From positions 81,205 through 145,204 of the IMG/VR virus record IMGVR_UViG_3300043395_003024: a stretch of 64,000 nucleotides of DNA. One strand, given 5' to 3'. The notes beneath the pieces are model-generated. The model was given only the letters and a program-made list of their open reading frames with translations. It was not told where the DNA came from and did no database searches. Origin of the DNA: a virus. Each line of letters starts with the position of its first letter. The first letter of the stretch is position 1. The translations under genes were made by a program, and so were the position numbers. Below are positions 62,767 through 64,000 of this stretch, piece by piece.

Positions 62767-64000
62767 AACAGTTTGTCGAGCATTCCCATAATCATCTTTG
62801 TAGACAAATCAGAGTTACCTACACTTCCACCTTCGACTGCGGCGTCTACCACTGACCTCTTTGCCTCAATGATGTCGTAGATTTCTTCGTCTATCGTTCC
62901 CGAAGTAAGCATGTAGGTAGCGGTGACGCTTCCTTTTTGTCCAATACGATGAAGGCGACTGTATGTTTGGTCTACATCGGCGGGTGTCCACGGTAGTTCT
63001 AAGAACAAACACTCCTCTGCGGCTGTCAGGGTGTGTCCCGTCTTTGCCGCTTGTATTGACAGAACCATGACAGGCGCGCTCTCCACGCTCTCGTTCTGAA
63101 AACGAGCCTTATTCGCTTCCACTTCCTCGACCGCCATGCCACCCTGAATGCGAAGATTGCCGTATTTACGAGCGAGTTCATCAACGATGTCACGGTGGTG
63201 AGCAGCGACAACAACTTTCTTGCCGTTTTCGATTCGAGCATTTATCCACTCCTCTGCTACTTCCATCTTTGCTTTGGCGGCAATCTTGCGAAGCACTGAC
63301 AGGCGAACGAGGTGTTCATTTGCCTCTGCCCTAATCATGGCGGCTATTGCTGCCCCGTATGAAGGCTTGCCTTGCTCTATTGCGAGTTGTCGTGCTCGTT
63401 CTGCGATGTACAGCAGAATGTCTTTCTCCGCCTTGACATACTCTTTCATCGTCGTCGAGTTCCCCTCGACAAGTACCTTGCTGTGTATCACGGGTGGTAG
63501 TTCGGCGAGAACTTGGTCTTTGGTTCGCCTGATGTAGCACGTGCCACGCAAGCGCTCATTGAGTTCGTCTAGGTGCGAGTGCCCACTGATGTTCCACTGT
63601 CCAAAGTTGTCTTGATACGCCGCGCAATAACGCCGATAGAAACCCCACAGTCCACCGAAGTCTTTGAGACGACCGAGAATCTCCAACTGCGATGCGTATT
63701 CATTTGGGCGATTAGTCACGGGTGTTCCGGTGAGACACAGGACTAGTCCGTCTTTGTGAGCAGACTTCGCCATTTTCACCGCCGCCTTTGTGCGCTGGGC
63801 GGTTGGTGTCTTTGCGTAATGCGACTCATCAAAGATGTACGAGCGATGACCAGCAAGTCGTTTCTCCCAATGAGCAATGTTGCTGTATCCGATGACAACA
63901 ACATCGTACGAACCACGTTCAGGGAAGTCCTTGCGATTGGTGACGTGCGCAATACGCCTATCAGGAAGCCAGCGATTCCACTCTGATACCCAGTTCAGCA
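62763..64000 (-). CDS. SNF2/HARP-like SF2 helicase, start lies beyond the window
   Basis: Frame open to the window end with FDESH; LTGTPVTN, IRRTK.QV..ELP, WTP..DQ..R.HRIGQ. Confidence 0.9.
   Translation of the reverse strand, partial: LNWVSEWNRWLPDRRIAHVTNRKDFPERGSYDVVVIGYSNIAHWEKRLAGHRSYIFDESHYAKTPTAQRTKAAVKMAKSAHKDGLVLCLTGTPVTNRPNEYASQLEILGRLKDFGGLWGFYRRYCAAYQDNFGQWNISGHSHLDELNERLRGTCYIRRTKDQVLAELPPVIHSKVLVEGNSTTMKEYVKAEKDILLYIAERARQLAIEQGKPSYGAAIAAMIRAEANEHLVRLSVLRKIAAKAKMEVAEEWINARIENGKKVVVAAHHRDIVDELARKYGNLRIQGGMAVEEVEANKARFQNESVESAPVMVLSIQAAKTGHTLTAAEECLFLELPWTPADVDQTYSRLHRIGQKGSVTATYMLTSGTIDEEIYDIIEAKRSVVDAAVEGGSVGNSDLSTKMIMGMLDKLF

Overview
This window looks like 64 kb of a large tailed dsDNA phage (HK97-fold capsid). 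The host is probably an actinobacterium, inferred from WhiB, an Rpf-like muralytic protein, a DUF732-like lipoprotein, a PAKK-repeat protein and leaderless TGnTAnnnT promoters. Layout: (1) 1-22 kb, head cluster with two giant proteins, several small proteins and the major capsid protein; (2) 22-30 kb, tRNA-Arg, HNH endonuclease, class II RNR, WhiB and primase-helicase; (3) 30.5-39.4 kb, a third giant protein of 2948 aa; (4) 39-53 kb, SSB, repair and redox genes, 9 more tRNAs plus an atypical tRNA-like gene, thyX, a full rmlACBD set and a secreted Rpf/SLT protein; (5) 53.7-61.2 kb, a compositionally odd island of small genes with its own promoter motif and 14 oriented copies of GGTGTAGGTAAG; (6) DUF932 and a SNF2 helicase. 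Best candidate for a new system: the three giant proteins are strings of enzyme domains (UvrD helicase, GNAT, ADP-ribosyltransferases, DEDDh exonuclease, zincins, ParB-like). They are punctuated by 15 LSSG plus 1 FSSG motifs with varied codons, mostly at domain borders, which suggests protease-processed effector polyproteins packaged in the head. All family calls come from motif recognition by eye; no searches were run.
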